Source: Pristiophorus japonicus (Eukaryota). From it: a stretch of 64,000 nucleotides of DNA. Of the stretch, positions 40,748 through 53,779 are shown in pieces. The notes beneath the pieces are model-generated. The model ran no database searches. It was given only the letters and a program-made list of their open reading frames with translations, and had not been told where the DNA came from. The translations under genes and the position numbers were made by a program. How positions within the stretch are numbered: the first letter of the stretch is position 1; each line of letters starts with the position of its first letter. The stretch is from NCBI RefSeq assembly GCF_044704955.1, contig NC_091980.1:268832001-268896000 (forward strand), written 5' to 3'.

Positions 40748-41137
40748 ATATTCCTCATATACTGAGCTATTGTCCCCCCACCAATCACAGCAGCAAACCC
40801 CGCGCCCGCTCACAGGGGCAAAGATTGACGGCCATAGTTGACCGTAATTGACGCCCAGGTCATAATGACACTGATGACGCCGTAAGAGGTTCAATAGTTG
40901 GGATGCGACACTTGTGGCTGTCCAGAGGATCCCTGGATATGAAGCCATAGGTAGAACATCCGGGTGTGGCTGTTAGGCAGGGAAAGGATTCCTGACCAGG
41001 GCCAACAGGAGGGATTGATGTGGGAAGCACGGAGTTAATGTGCAACATAGAAACATAGAAAATAGGTGCAGGAGCAGGCCGTTCAGCCCTTCTAGCCTGC
41101 ACCGCCATTCAATGAGTTCATGGCTGAACATGAAACT

Positions 41138-44044
41138 TCAGTACCCCCTTCCTGCTTTCTCGCCATAACCCTTGATCCCCCGAGTAGTAAGGACTTCATC
41201 TAACTCCCTTTTGAATATATTTAGTGAATTGGCCTCAACTACTTTCTGTGGTAGAGAATTCCACAGGTTCACCACTCTCTGGGTGAAGAAGTTTCTCCTC
41301 ATCTCGGTCCTAAATGGCTTACCCCTTATCCTCAGACTGTGACCCCTGGTTCTGGACTTCCCCAACATTGGGAACATTCTTTCTGCATCTAACCTGTCTA
41401 AACCCGTCAGAATTTTAAACGTTTCTATGAGGTCCCCTCTCATTCTTCTGAACTCCAGTGAATACAAGCCCAATTGATCCAATCTTTCTTGATAGGTCAG
41501 TCCCGCCATCCCGGGAATCAGTCTGGTGAACCTTCGCTGCACTCCCTCAATAGCAAGAATGTCCTTCCTCAAGTTAGGAGACCAAAACTGTACACAATAC
41601 TCCAGGTGTGGCCTCACCAAGGCCCTGTACAACTGTAGCAACACCTCCCTGCCCCTGTATTCAAATCCCCTCGCTATGAAGGCCAACATGCCATTTGCTT
41701 TCTTAACCGCCTGCTGCACCTGCATGCCAACCTTCAATGACTGATGTACCATGACACCCAGGTCTCGTTGCACCTTCCCTTTTCCTAATCTGTCACCATT
41801 CAGATAATAGTCTGTCTCTCTGTTTTTACCACCAAAGTGGATAACCTCACATTTATCCACATTATACTTCATCTGCCATGCATTTGCCCACTCACCTAAC
41901 CTATCCAAGTCACTCTGCAGCCTAATAGCATCCTCCTCGCAGCTCACACTGCCACCCAACTTAGTGTCATCCGCAAATTTGGAGATACTGCATTTAATCC
42001 CCTCGTCTAAATCATTAATGTACAATGTAAACAGCTGGGGCCCCAGCACAGAACCTTGCGGCACTCCACTAGTCACTGCCTGCCATTCTGAAAAGTACCC
42101 GTTTACTCCTACTCTTTGCTTCCTGTCTGACAACCAGTTCTCAATCCACGTCAGCACACTACCCCCAATCCCATGTGCTTTAACTTTGCACATTACTCTC
42201 TTGTGTGGGACCTTGTCGAAAGCCTTCTGAAAGTCCAAATATACCACATCAACTGGTTCTCCTTTGTCCACTTTACTGGAAACATCCTCAAAAAATTCCA
42301 GAAGATTTGTCAAGCATGATTTCCCTTTCACAAATCCATGCTGACTTGGACCTATCATGTCACCATTTTCCAGATGCACTGCTATGACATCCTTAATAAT
42401 TGATTCCATCATTTTACCCACTACTGAGGTCAGGCTGACCGGTCTATAATTCCCTGTTTTCTCTCTCCCTCCTTTTTTAAAAAGTGGGGTTACATTGGCT
42501 ACCCTCCACTCCATAGGAACTGATCCAGAGTCAATGGAATGTTGGAAAATGACTGTCAATGCATCCGCTATTTCCAAGGCCACCTCCTTAAGTACTCTAG
42601 GATGCAGGCCATCAGGCCCTGGGGATTTATCTGCCTTCAATCCCATCAATTTCCCCAACACAATTTCCCGACTAATAAAGATTTCCCTCAGTTCCTCTTC
42701 CTTACTAGACCCTCTGACCCCTTTTATATCCGGAAGGTTGTTTGTATCCTCCTTAGTGAATACCGAACCAAAGTACTTGTTCAATTGATCCGCCATTTCT
42801 TTGTTCCCCGTTATGACTTCCCCTGATTCTGACTGCAGGGGACCTACGTTTGTCTTCACCAACCTTTTTCTCTTTACATACCTATAGAAACTTTTGCAAT
42901 CCGCCTTAATGTTCCCTGCAAGCTTCTTCTCGTACTCCATTTTCCCTGTCCTAATCAAACCCTTTGTCCTCCTCTGCTGAGTTCTAAATTTCTCCCAGTC
43001 CCCAGGTTCGCTGCTATTTCTGGCCAATTTGTATGCCACTTCCTTGGCTTTAATACTATCCCTGATTTCCCTAGATAGCCACGGTTGAGCCACCTTCCCC
43101 TTTTTATTTTTACGCCAGACAGGAATGTACAATTGTTGTACTTCATCCATGCGGTCTCTAAATGTCTGCCATTGCCCATCCACAGTCAACCCCCTAAGTA
43201 TCATTCGCCAATCTATCCTAGCCAATTCACGCCTCATACCTTCAAAGTTACCCTTCTTTAAGTTCTGGACCATGGTCTCTGAAATTACTGTTTCATTCTC
43301 CATCCTAATGCAGAATTCCACCATATTATGGTCACTCTTCCCCAAGGGGCCTCGCACAATGAGATTGCTAATTAATCCTCTCTCATTACACAACACCCAG
43401 TCTAAGATGGCCTCCCCCCTAGTTGGTTCCTCAACATATTGGTCTAGAAAACCATCCCTTATGCACTCCAGGAAATCCTCCTCCACCGTATTGCTTCCAG
43501 TTTGGCTAGCCCAATCTATGTGCATATTAAAGTCACCCATTATAACTGCTACACCTTTATTGCATGCACCCCTAATTTCCTGTTTGATGCCCTCCCCAAC
43601 ATCCCTATTACTGTTTGGAGGTCTGTACACAACTCCTACTAACGTTTTTTGCCCTTTGGTGTTCTGCAGCTCTACCCATATAGATTCCACATCATCCAAG
43701 CTAATGTCTTTCCTAACTATTGCATTAATCTCCTCTTTAACCAGCAATGCTACCCCACCTCCTTTTCCTTTTATTCTATCCTTCCTGAATGTTGAATACC
43801 CCTGAATGTTGAGTTCCCAGCCCTGATCATCCTGGAGCCACGTCTCCGTAATCCCAATCACATCATATTTGTTAACATCTATTTGCACAATTAATTCATC
43901 CACCTTATTGCGGATACTCCTTGCATTAAGACACAAAGCCTTCAGGCTTGTTTTATTAACACCCTTTGTCCTTTTAGAATTTTGCTGTACAGTGGCCCTT
44001 TTTGTTCTTTGCCTTGGGTTTCTCTGCCCTACACTTTTCCTCAT
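41138..44044 (-). CDS. CR1 ORF2: AP endonuclease + reverse transcriptase (968 aa)
   Basis: NARSIRNK, GITETW, GDFN, SDH (APE); [14 protein letters not shown] (RT); no stops or frameshifts. Confidence 0.95.
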   Translation of the reverse strand: MRKSVGQRNPRQRTKRATVQQNSKRTKGVNKTSLKALCLNARSIRNKVDELIVQIDVNKYDVIGITETWLQDDQGWELNIQGYSTFRKDRIKGKGGGVALLVKEEINAIVRKDISLDDVESIWVELQNTKGQKTLVGVVYRPPNSNRDVGEGIKQEIRGACNKGVAVIMGDFNMHIDWASQTGSNTVEEDFLECIRDGFLDQYVEEPTRGEAILDWVLCNERGLISNLIVRGPLGKSDHNMVEFCIRMENETVISETMVQNLKKGNFEGMRRELARIDWRMILRGLTVDGQWQTFRDRMDEVQQLYIPVWRKNKKGKVAQPWLSREIRDSIKAKEVAYKLARNSSEPGDWEKFRTQQRRTKGLIRTGKMEYEKKLAGNIKADCKSFYRYVKRKRLVKTNVGPLQSESGEVITGNKEMADQLNKYFGSVFTKEDTNNLPDIKGVRGSSKEEELREIFISREIVLGKLMGLKADKSPGPDGLHPRVLKEVALEIADALTVIFQHSIDSGSVPMEWRVANVTPLFKKGGREKTGNYRPVSLTSVVGKMMESIIKDVIAVHLENGDMIGPSQHGFVKGKSCLTNLLEFFEDVSSKVDKGEPVDVVYLDFQKAFDKVPHKRVMCKVKAHGIGGSVLTWIENWLSDRKQRVGVNGYFSEWQAVTSGVPQGSVLGPQLFTLYINDLDEGIKCSISKFADDTKLGGSVSCEEDAIRLQSDLDRLGEWANAWQMKYNVDKCEVIHFGGKNRETDYYLNGDRLGKGKVQRDLGVMVHQSLKVGMQVQQAVKKANGMLAFIARGFEYRGREVLLQLYRALVRPHLEYCVQFWSPNLRKDILAIEGVQRRFTRLIPGMAGLTYQERLDQLGLYSLEFRRMRGDLIETFKILTGLDRLDAERMFPMLGKSRTRGHSLRIRGKPFRTEMRRNFFTQRVVNLWNSLPQKVVEANSLNIFKRELDEVLTTRGIKGYGEKAGRGY

Positions 44045-44121
44045 CTCCTTTCTGTCTTTTGCTTTTGCCTCATTTTTGTTTCCCTCTGTCTCCCTGCATT
44101 GGTTCCCATCCCCCTGCCATA

Positions 44122-44435
44122 TTAGTTTAAATCCTCCCCAACAGCACTAGCAAACACTCCCCCTAGGACATTGGTTCCAGTCCTGCCCAGGTGCAGACCG
44201 TCCGGTTTGTACTGGTCCCACCTCCCCCAGAACCGGTCCCAATGCCCCAGGAATTTGAATCCCTCCCTGCTGCACCACTGCTCAAGCCACGTATTCATCT
44301 GCGCTATCCTGCGATTCCTACTCTGACTATCACGTGGCACTGGTAGCAATCCCGAGATTACTACTTTTGAGGTCCTACTTTTTAATTTAGCTCCTAGCTC
44401 CTTAAATTCGTTTCGTAGGACCTCATCCCTTTTTT
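44122..44435 (-). CDS. CR1 ORF1 C-terminal part, SGNH/GDSL esterase-like, 5'-truncated
   Basis: KVVISGLLPVPR...WCSREGFKFLGHW...DGLHL (DxxH motif). Confidence 0.85.
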
Positions 44436-45279
44436 TGCAAGTACTGTCCCTGTCAACCTATGTACCATATTACTTCTTCAGCATTCTAACCTCCAGCCTC
44501 CTTTGCTACAATTTTGCTGTCATTCATCTTCTCAGTGCATTCTGTTATGACCACCTTTATTTATTAACGCCGAGCAAAAAGAAAATTGAAAAGTAACTGA
44601 ACTGTTGTGGAGTCTCAATAGAGTAAAATCACAATAGAGTTAAAACCATTATGTGCAAATATCAGAAAGCTTGTTATTGTGCTTGCTCATAGGAGTACAT
44701 TGTATTCAGGACACTAAAGTTAGTCTTGATTACCATTTACTTACAACAAGAAATCACACAAATATCAGTGGCAATTTAAGGTTTTGAAAACCCTGCCATT
44801 TTTTCCCATAATTTTGCTAAGATGTAAGTGTTTTCAAACACAAGATAGGCTAATTCTCTGTGACCTTCATGTTTTGTGAAGTGTGCACAGTAGAGAGCTC
44901 AATCAGCACTGATAGTGCATTCTTGTGGTTACAGAAGCAGAATGATTGAGAACGGCCTGAAACAGTGCATGTTGGAGACTAGGAGCATGTGCTGAAAAAT
45001 GCTGTGACAAAGAACAGGAAGCAAAAAATAATGAACAGCAAATTAAGATATTGCTAAGCTTTAAATAAAATCAAATAGAAACACAAGACTTACTCCAGAA
45101 ATTCATGTTAACTAATAAGAATATTCCTGAAAGGCAAAATGCAGCAAAACTGAGTAAATACAAATAAATTATTTAAAGCAGGAAAATAATGATGATGAAT
45201 GTACAAGCCAAAAAAAAATATTTTTATATTTTGGCAAGTTGTACAGATTTTGACAGTTAAAATTTAAATCTGGTGAATA

Positions 45280-45910
45280 GACCCTTGACATTCAACGACA
45301 CTACCCCCACCATCAACATCCTGGAGGTCACCATTGACCCTGAATACTGTGGCAACAAGAGCAGGTTAGAGGCTGGGTATTCTGCAGTGAGCGTCTCACC
45401 TCCTGACTCCCTAAAGCCTTTCCACCATCTATAAGGAACAAGTCAGGAGTGTGAAGGAATACGCTCCACTTGCCTGGATGAATGCAGCTCCAACAACACT
45501 CAAGAAGCTCGACACCATCCAGGACAAAGCAACCGGCTTGACACCCCATCCATCACCTTAAACATCCACTCTCTCCGCCATTGGCACACCATGGCTGCAG
45601 TGTGTATCATCTACAAGATGCACGGCAGCAACTCGCCAAGGCTTCTTTGGCAGCACCTCCCAAACCTGTGACCTCTACCATCTAGAAGGACAAGGGCAGC
45701 AGGCACCAAGTCACACACCATCCTGACTATATAATTCCTTTATCGTCACTGGGTCAAAATCCTGGAACTCTCTCCATAACAGCACCTTGGGCGTACCTTC
45801 ATCACACGGACTGCAGCGGTTCAAGAAGGCGGCTCACCACGGTCTTCTCAAGGGCAATAAGGATGGGCAATAAATGCTCAGCGCCGCCCACATCCCATGA
45901 ACGAACTTTA
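45280..45910 (+). mobile_element. HER1-like LINE 3' fragment
   Basis: INILEVTI, YAPLAWMNAAPTTLKKLDTIQDKA and SWNSL readings; tail shared with the HE1-like SINE. Confidence 0.7.
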
Positions 45911-45957
45911 AAAAGTATTTTTCAGTATTTAGACTTGTACATATCTATAGATATAAG

Positions 45958-46407
45958 TGTCAGCTGTGGCTCAGTGGGTAGCACTCTCGCATCTGTGTCA
46001 GAAGCTTGTGGGTTCAAGTTCCACTCCAGGGACTTCAGCATCAAAATAAATCTAAGTTGACACTCCAGTGCGGTAATGAGAGAGCGCTGCACTGTCAGAG
46101 GTGCTACCTTTCGGATGAAACAAACTGAGGTCCCGTCTGCTCTCTCAAGTAGAAGTAAAAGGTCCTATGCCACTATTTCAAAGAAGAGCAGGGGAGTTAT
46201 CCCTGGTGTCCTGGACAATATTTATCCCTCAATCAACATAACAGAAAAACAGATTATCTGGTCATTAGCACATTGCTGTTTGTGGGAGCTGACTTGTGCA
46301 TAAATTGGCTGCTGTGTTTTACATATTACAACAGTGACTTCATTGGCTATAAAGCGTTTTGAGACATTTGGTGGTCGTGAAAGGCATTATATAAATCCAA
46401 GTCTTTT
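45958..46407 (+). mobile_element. tRNA-derived DeuSINE (SacSINE1-like)
   Basis: A box TGGCTCAGTGG, B box GGTTCAAGTTCC, Deu-like core and L2-type tail aaggcattatataaat. Confidence 0.8.
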
Positions 46408-46542
46408 AAGTCTTCTTAAGGAAAATGTCGGTTGTGCCTTTAGCTGCCAAGGCCCTAAACTCTGGAATTCCCTCCCTAAACTCTTCATCCCGCTTATCCT
46501 TTATGACATCCTTGAAAGCCTACTTCTTTGACCTGTCCTAAT

Positions 46543-47274
46543 GGCCCGGAATTTGCCGTCAGCGGTGAAGCAACATGTTCATCGCTGACCTCTAAGAAAG
46601 CTTCTCAGAAAGGTCCAGCGATCTCTGTGGCATGTAATTCAGCTTTCCTAACCCTTTGTTTGAATCTGGTGCCAAATCATGTGACTCCTAAGTGTCCAGC
46701 AACAGTGATGTCATCAAGCTGGCTAAGCAGCCAATCATATTGAAGAATTCTCACAGACAGCAAACCAGGAAGTCAAATACACAGATTCTAATTTACTTTA
46801 AAAAAAAATTTACAGAGCGAAATAAATATTGGGACCTACACATATGACTACGGTAGAAACTGAAATCCAATAAACACAGTTTAAAAATATATATTATATT
46901 AAAAACTTGTCATTCTTAATCATATTAATGGAAACATTCCACAAATATAAAATTTGTTTTTCAGGGCTGGAACAGTTATTCAGCAGACAGTACGCCGTTA
47001 AAACACCTGTTATATCTCTTTCCACAAGGCTTAAAGTTTTAGTTTTTTTTTAACAAGGATATTCTATCATAAAAGGGGAAGTTCTCATGCTTGTATGTGA
47101 TTTCAACTGATTGCCGGCTCTGGGGAGTTCCACAGTGCAACCAAATAGTGGAACAGGGAATGACTGACCACAACTTGAAGATTTCCGTGTTTATCTGCAT
47201 TTGCGCTTAATTCTGAAGTTGCGGTCAGTTTCAGAGGGGTAATGAGGGCAAACGCTGACTGCGAAATTCAGGCC
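46543..47274. mobile_element. Harbinger-like MITE related to 3694-4428, inserted in an L2 3' tail (46425-47375)
   Basis: TIRs GGCCCGGAATTTGCCGTCAGC / GCTGACTGCGAAATTCAGGCC; flanks AAT/AAC; L2 tail resumes after it. Confidence 0.75.
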
Positions 47275-47857
47275 AACATCTCCTTATGTGGTTCAGTGTC
47301 GAATTTTGTTTGATAACATACCTATGAAGCGCCTTGGGACATTTTACTATGTTAAAGGTGCCAGATAAATGTTGTAGTTATTAATATCTGTTATTTTCAT
47401 CTTTGTTCCTGTCAGAGTTTTGGGAGTAGCATCCATGCAGTGTGAGAGCCATCTGCAATGATTATTTCTAATGCGGTGCTGTTCCATGTTGCTGCCAAAC
47501 CATGGTACAGTACCTCCATATGGGAGTTATGACCATGTAGCTTACTAACAGTAACTGATGCAACAAGAGGGGTGACGAGATAAACTATTACAATGAACGT
47601 GAAAACATTTGACTTTTCTCAACACATCATTGCATTCCTCTTATCATTATCGCAATTCACTCTTTGAAATCAAATCAGCTCTCCCTGCTGAACAAATACA
47701 ATATTTTTAAAAGTTAGAATTTGTATCTACATTTTATTAAAGTATGATAATTTAATGTTGAGGTGATAAAAATGAAGAAATTTAAATAAAATTAAAAGTG
47801 CAAGTCACTTTGCATACTAAAAATAAATAGTAGACCTATTTCAAGCTGCCTTTTAAA

Positions 47858-48117
47858 CAACAATAACTTCTATTTATATAGTGCCTTTAACGTAGTGAAA
47901 CATCCCAAGGCGCTTCACAGGAGTATTATGCGCTAAAACTTTGATACAGATCTGCATAAGTGGAAAGTAGCTTGGTCAAAGAGGTAGGTTTTAAGAAGCG
48001 TCTTGAAGGAGGAAAGAGAGCTAGAGAGGCAGAGAGATTTAGGCAGGGAGTTCCAGAGCTTGGGGCCTAGGCCACAGAAGGCTTGGCCACAAATGGTTGA
48101 GTGATTATAATCAGGGA
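47858..48117 (-). mobile_element. L2 3' tail fragment
   Basis: GPKLWNSLPKSL...FKTLLKTYLFDQA and aaaggcactatataaat terminus. Confidence 0.75.
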
Positions 48118-50660
48118 TAGAAACATAGAAACTAGGTGCCGGAGTAGGCCATTCGGCCCTTCTAGCCTGCACCGCCATTCAATTAGTTCATGGCTGAACA
48201 TGCAACTTCAGTACCCCATTCCTGCTTTCTCGCCATACCCCTTGAGCCCCCTAGTAGTAAGGACTACATCTAACTCCTTTTTGAATATATTTAGTGAATT
48301 GGCCTCAACAACTTTCTGTGGTAGAGAATTCCACAGGTTCACCACTCTCTGGGTGAAGAAGTTTCTCCTCATCTCGGTCCTAAATGGCTTACCCCTTATC
48401 CTTAGACTGTGACCCCTGGTTCTGGACTTCCCCAACATTGGGAACATTCTTCCCGCATCTAACCTGTCTAAACCCATCAGAATTTTAAACGTTTCAATGA
48501 GATCCCCTCTCACTCTTCTAAACTCCAGTGAATACAAGCCCAGTTGATCCAGTCTTTCTTGACATGTCAGTCCTGCCATCCCGGGAATCAGTCTGGTGAA
48601 CCTTCGCTGCACTCCCTCAATAGCAAGAATGTCCTTCCTCAAGTTAGGAGACCAAAACTGTACACAATACTTCAGGTGTGGCCTCACCAAGGCCCTGTAC
48701 AACTGCAGTAACACCTCCCTGCCCCTGTACTCAAATCCCCTCGCTATGAAGGCCAACATGTCATTTGCTTTCTTAACCGCCTGCTGTACCTGCATGCCAA
48801 CCTTCAATGACTGATGTAACATGACACCCAGGTCTCGTTGCACCTCCCCTTTTCCTAATCTGTCACCATTCAGATAATAGTCTGTCTCTTTGTTTTTACC
48901 ACCAAAGTGGATAACCTCACATTTATCCACATTATACTTCATCTGCCATGCATTTGCCCACTCACCTAACCTATCCAAGTCACTCTGCAGCCTCATAGCA
49001 TCCTCCTCGCAGCTCACACTGCCACCCAACTTAGTGTCATCCGCAAATTTGGAGATACTACATTTAATCCCCTCGTCTAAATCATTAATGTACAATGTAA
49101 ACAGCTGGGGCTCTAGCACAGAACCTTGCGGTACTCCACTAGTCACTGCCTGCCATTCTGAAAAGTACCCATTTACTCCTACTCTTTGCTTCCTGCCTGC
49201 CAACCAGTTCTCAATGCACGTCAGCACACTACCCCTAATCCCATGTGCTTTAACTTTGCACATTAATCTCTTGTGTGGGATCTTGTCGAAAGCCTTCTGA
49301 AAGTCCAAATACACCACATCAACTGGTTCTCCCTTGTTCACTCTACTGGAAACATCCTCAAAAAATTCCAGAAGATTTGTCAAGCATGATTTCCCTTTCA
49401 CAAATCCATGCTGACTTGGACCTATCATGTCACCTCTTTCCAAATGCGCTGCTATGACATCCTGAAGAATTGATTCCATCATTTTACCCACTACCGATGT
49501 CAGGCTGACCGGTCTATAATTCCCTGTTTTCCCTCTCCCTCCTTTTTTAAAAAGTGGGGTTACATTGGCCACCCTCCACTCCATAGGAACTGATCTAGAG
49601 TCTATGGAATGTTGGAAAATTACTGTCAATGCATCCACTATTTCCGAGGCCACCTCCTTAAGTACTCTGGGATGCAGGCCATCAGGCCCTGGGGATTTAT
49701 CGGCCTTCCATCCCATCAATTTCCCCAACACAATTTCCCGACTAATAAAGATTTCCCTCAGTTCCCGCTTCTTACTAGCCCCTCTGACCCCTTTTATATC
49801 CGGAACGTTGTTGGTGTCCTCCTTAGTGAATACCAAAGTACTTGTTCAATTGGTCTGCCATTTCTTTGTTCCCAGTTATGACTTCCCCTGATTCTGACTG
49901 CAGGGGACCTACATTTGTCTTTATTAACCTTTTTCTCTTTACATATCTATAGAAGCTTTTGCAGTCCATTTTAATGTTCCCTGCAAGCTTCCTCTTGTAC
50001 TCTATTTTCCCTGCCCTAATCAAACCTTTTGTCCTCCTCTGCTGAGTTCTAAATTTCTCCCAGTCCCCGGGTTCGCTGCTATTTCTGGCCAATTTGTATG
50101 CCACTTCCTTGGCTTTAATACTATACCTGATTTCCCTTGATAGCCACGGTTGAGCTACCTTCCCTTTTTCATTTTTACGACAGACAGGGATGTACAATTA
50201 TTGTAGTTCATCCATGCGGTCTCTAAATGTCTGCCATTGCCCATCCACAGTCAACCCCTTAAGTATCATTCGCCAATCTTTTCTAGCCAATTCACGCCTC
50301 ATACCTTCAAAGTTACCCTTCTTTAAGTTCTGGACCATGGTCTCTGAATTAACTTGTTTCATTCTCCACCCGAATGTAGAATTCCACCATATTATGGTCA
50401 CTCTTCCCCAAGGGGTTTCGCACAACGAGATTGCTAATTAATCCTCTCTCATTACACAACACCCAGTCTAAGATGGCCTCCCCCTAGTTGGTTCCTCGAC
50501 ATATTGGTCTAGAAAACCATCCCTTATGCACTCCAGGAAATCCTCCTCCACCTAATGTTTCCAGTTTGGTTAGCCCAATCTATATGCATATTAAAGTCAC
50601 CCATGATAACTTTATTGCATGCACCCCTAATTTCCTGTTTGATGCTCTCCCCAATATCAC
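48117..50660 (-). mobile_element. 5'-truncated CR1, same subfamily as 41046-44435, frameshifted
   Basis: ORFs 48208-49836 (RT), 49823-50197 and 50198-50425 closely match the 968-aa ORF2. Confidence 0.93.
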
Positions 50661-51354
50661 TTAAGGGATTTAACATGAAATGCTCAATTTTTCCAAGCTG
50701 TAACCAGATTACAAGATACCATTTGACACAAATGTCTGATTGCTCCTCAATGAAAACCTTCGGGTACAAAAACAAATATTCCCTGCACCAATCTCTCAAC
50801 TTCATTACTTTCACATTTATCTTGCAGTTCGATAATCCTGTGGTTTTTTTACCTGTAGAATATTAAAATATTGACAAACTATAATAAAGCATAGTAAGTA
50901 TAACAAAATGTGGAATTATGAGTGCCATATCTTGGATCAGTGAGTATAATCTGGTACCTTGTGGTGTTCATAAGGATGATGGTCATGAAAATAAAAGTTC
51001 ATAGTGAATTAAAAATTACCTTCCAGCAGGCATTTTTTTTATTGACTAACTTCCAATAATATACTGAATTTGTTCTTCATTTTTTTTAAATGTATGAAAC
51101 TTTAATCATAAAATTCTAATGTATTGGTCAGTCTCCATGTTTTGTATATTTTTCTCCCTTCTTCCCCTTCTTGTGTGGCGACTCCACATTGCACAATATC
51201 CTCAGCCAGGAATGTGGGGAGGGGGCAACCTGATTCAAAACCTCCAATTATGCTGCTCTAAAATTGTGAATTTGATCAAAGGATGATTCCTTTGCTGTTT
51301 TTCTTTGCGGAGGAAGCATCTGATAAAGCTGCAATAATTATGTTTCAAAGCAAT

Positions 51355-52520
51355 AACTCTTTGACCCCCGACAGCAGTCAAACAAAGTTCCAGGAGACAG
51401 CAGTAATTCCTAAATCCTTCTAATCCCAGCATCTTACCCTTTATAACTGGAAATATCCTCCTCACGCAGGGGCTTGTCCAGTTCCCCTTTGAAGTTGGAT
51501 AAATACTTGAAGGAGAAAGTATTGCAGGGATATGGGGAAAGAGCAGGTTAGATTGCTCTTCGAAAGGACCAGCATAGACTCGATGGACCGAGTGGCCTCT
51601 TTCTGTGCTGTACTATTAGAAACATAGAAACATAGAAATTAGGTGCAGGAGCAGGCCATTCAGCCCTTCGAGCCTGCACCGCCATTCAGCCCTTCAAGCC
51701 TGCACCGCCATTCAATAAGATCATGGCTGATCATTCAACCTCAGTACCCCTTTCCTGCTTTTTCTCCATATCCTTTAATGCCTTTGGCCGTAAGGGCCAT
51801 ATCTAACTCCCTTTTGAATATATCTAACGAACTGGCCTCAACAACTTTCTGCCCGAGAGAATTCCACAGGTTAACCATTCTGAGTGAAGAAGTTTCTCTT
51901 CATCTCAATTCTAAATGGCTTACCCCTTATTCTTAGACTGTGACCCCTAGTTCTGGAACTCCCCAGCAACGGGAGCATTCTTCCTGTCTCTAACTTGTCC
52001 AATGCCATCAGAATTTTACCTATTTCTATGAGATCCTCTCTCATTCTTCTAAACTTAGAGTCTGACACCTCACTGGGAGAGACCCCCAGGAATACTGAAC
52101 ACAATTGTCTGTCTGTGGATTAGATCAGCAGAGAATCCAAGTTCATTCCAGGCTTTGGTAATCTGTTCCGGGGGCAATGACTCTTTGTGAAAATAAATTA
52201 TTTCTAACATCTAACCATATCCTTGTCTATGTATTTTATATGTATGCTCCCGAGTTCTCCTGCCCTTCTCCATCTCAAATAATCTGGATAGAGTCTAATA
52301 CCTAAATCATTTTCGAAGCCTCATCATACCTGTCCTAAGCCTACAATTCTCTATTGCACATGGCCCCAACTCCTTGAGCCTATTCTGATAACTAAGAATC
52401 TGAAGACTAGTTATTATTTTAGTTGTCCTCCTATGTTTCGATATTTCCTGCTGTTCATAGACCAAAACTGGGCATAACACTCCAAGTCCAGCCATACCAA
52501 GGCCTTGCACAGTCCAAGTA
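51355..52520 (-). mobile_element. ancient CR1 3' end with two younger CR1 tails nested in it (+ ~51490-51615; - ~51617-52060)
   Basis: LSYQNRLKELG at ~52380; FKGELDKPLREEDISSYKG-stop at ~51435-51493; 3' UTR similar to 29000-29045. Confidence 0.7.
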
Positions 52521-53779
52521 TAGTTTTCATGTGTGAGAAGGAAGGTAGATGGAACAAATAATTCAGTATGTATTCTAGCTGAGAATAGAGCACATTATTC
52601 CATATATTTAAACATATTTTAAATTATCAGCATTAATTCGGATTTATTTTTGTCTTTTGCATCTGCAAACAAAATTGTACAATCGCATTGTGCCGTCTAT
52701 TTTGGCACTTTGACAGAACACTAGATGGTTCATATATATTTTAATATCATCTTGTTATTAACCTACAAACCTGGCAAACGCAGCTTGCCATCTGACAACA
52801 TGTGTGCATCCCAAGGGAACTACAATTATTCATAAAGAAGGAATACATGAAATTAGTCAGTAGACACTAAGTAGCTAGATATATAGACAGAAGGTAGTTT
52901 TCCAGGGTTCTGTCACCCAAGCTTAATGTGACACTTCATAATATCCCTGTTGAAGGGAGTGTAGAGATACTAATCGATATTTCAGATATTTATGAATGCT
53001 GTGTATCGAATGAATGCCAAAACTGCAGATTTGCTAAAATGAAGTAAGCCCAGCTTCATCCCTCCCTCCCCCCACACTCCTGAAGCCTGTACAAGTGAGG
53101 ATTCGGCAGTTCTGTCAGGATACATTAAATTTAAATGGTGCATTTTGTTGACAAAGAACAGCTCAGAAATGTCATAAGCCAGGGAAAGGAAACCATTAAT
53201 TAAAAGTCTGGATGCATTAGTGTTATGCTCCCTTTAAGAACAGTGTCTAGTGTAAGTTGATTCTTTACTTCCTAACAGAGATATGAAAAGTGAACCATTG
53301 TTTTCAGCTGCTTACAGTTTGTGTAAACAGTGGTTTCCTGTGAGTTATACATTATCCCACAAAAAATTACACTATGCCAGTAAAACAGAAAGTGATATTT
53401 TCACTAACATCCTAAAAATTCCTAATGGAATAGGAAGAGTTATTTATGCAACTCGCTTAATCATTTGAGCTCATACAAATTCTACTGAAGCAAAGGTATA
53501 AATGAAGAAGTTTTTAAAATACTATTGTGTCTTCTGGGAAGGGAGAGGTAAACTGTTCTGCCTGCCACAGCAGTAAGAACCTGCAATGCTCCCTGATTAC
53601 ACATTACAGGTTGGACCTCTCCAGGCCGGCACCCTCGGGACCTGACCTGTGCCGGAACAGAGAATTTGCCAAACCACAGGAGGATACGCCTAGCCGAGGC
53701 TTACCGGTACCTGAAGACAGCGCTCCAGCTGTGAAACTTGGGCCTCATTCTCTCTCTTTTTTTTAATGTCGTGTCAACC

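Larger units (their letters stand above)
41046..44435 (-). mobile_element. young 5'-truncated CR1 LINE with intact ORF2
   Basis: terminal (TTCTATGT)n tail, ORF1 C-terminus, full ORF2; TGCAA at 41041-41045 and 44436-44440 as possible TSD. Confidence 0.95.

Noticed and set aside
37523-43805. Long + strand ORFs (e.g. 37523-38410, 43125-43805)
   Set aside because: Antisense shadows of CR1 ORF2, recurring in each CR1 copy.
45958-46030. tRNA-like sequence with A and B boxes
   Set aside because: It is the head of a DeuSINE and continues into SINE body and tail; not a tRNA gene.
51235-51465. ORF RRIFPVIKGKMLGL...Y..LLE resembling the start of a T-box domain
   Set aside because: In another frame the same bases read FKGELDKPLREEDISSYKG-stop, the end of a CR1 ORF2. 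They are followed by a CR1 3' UTR motif also present at ~29000-29045, so the resemblance is coincidental.
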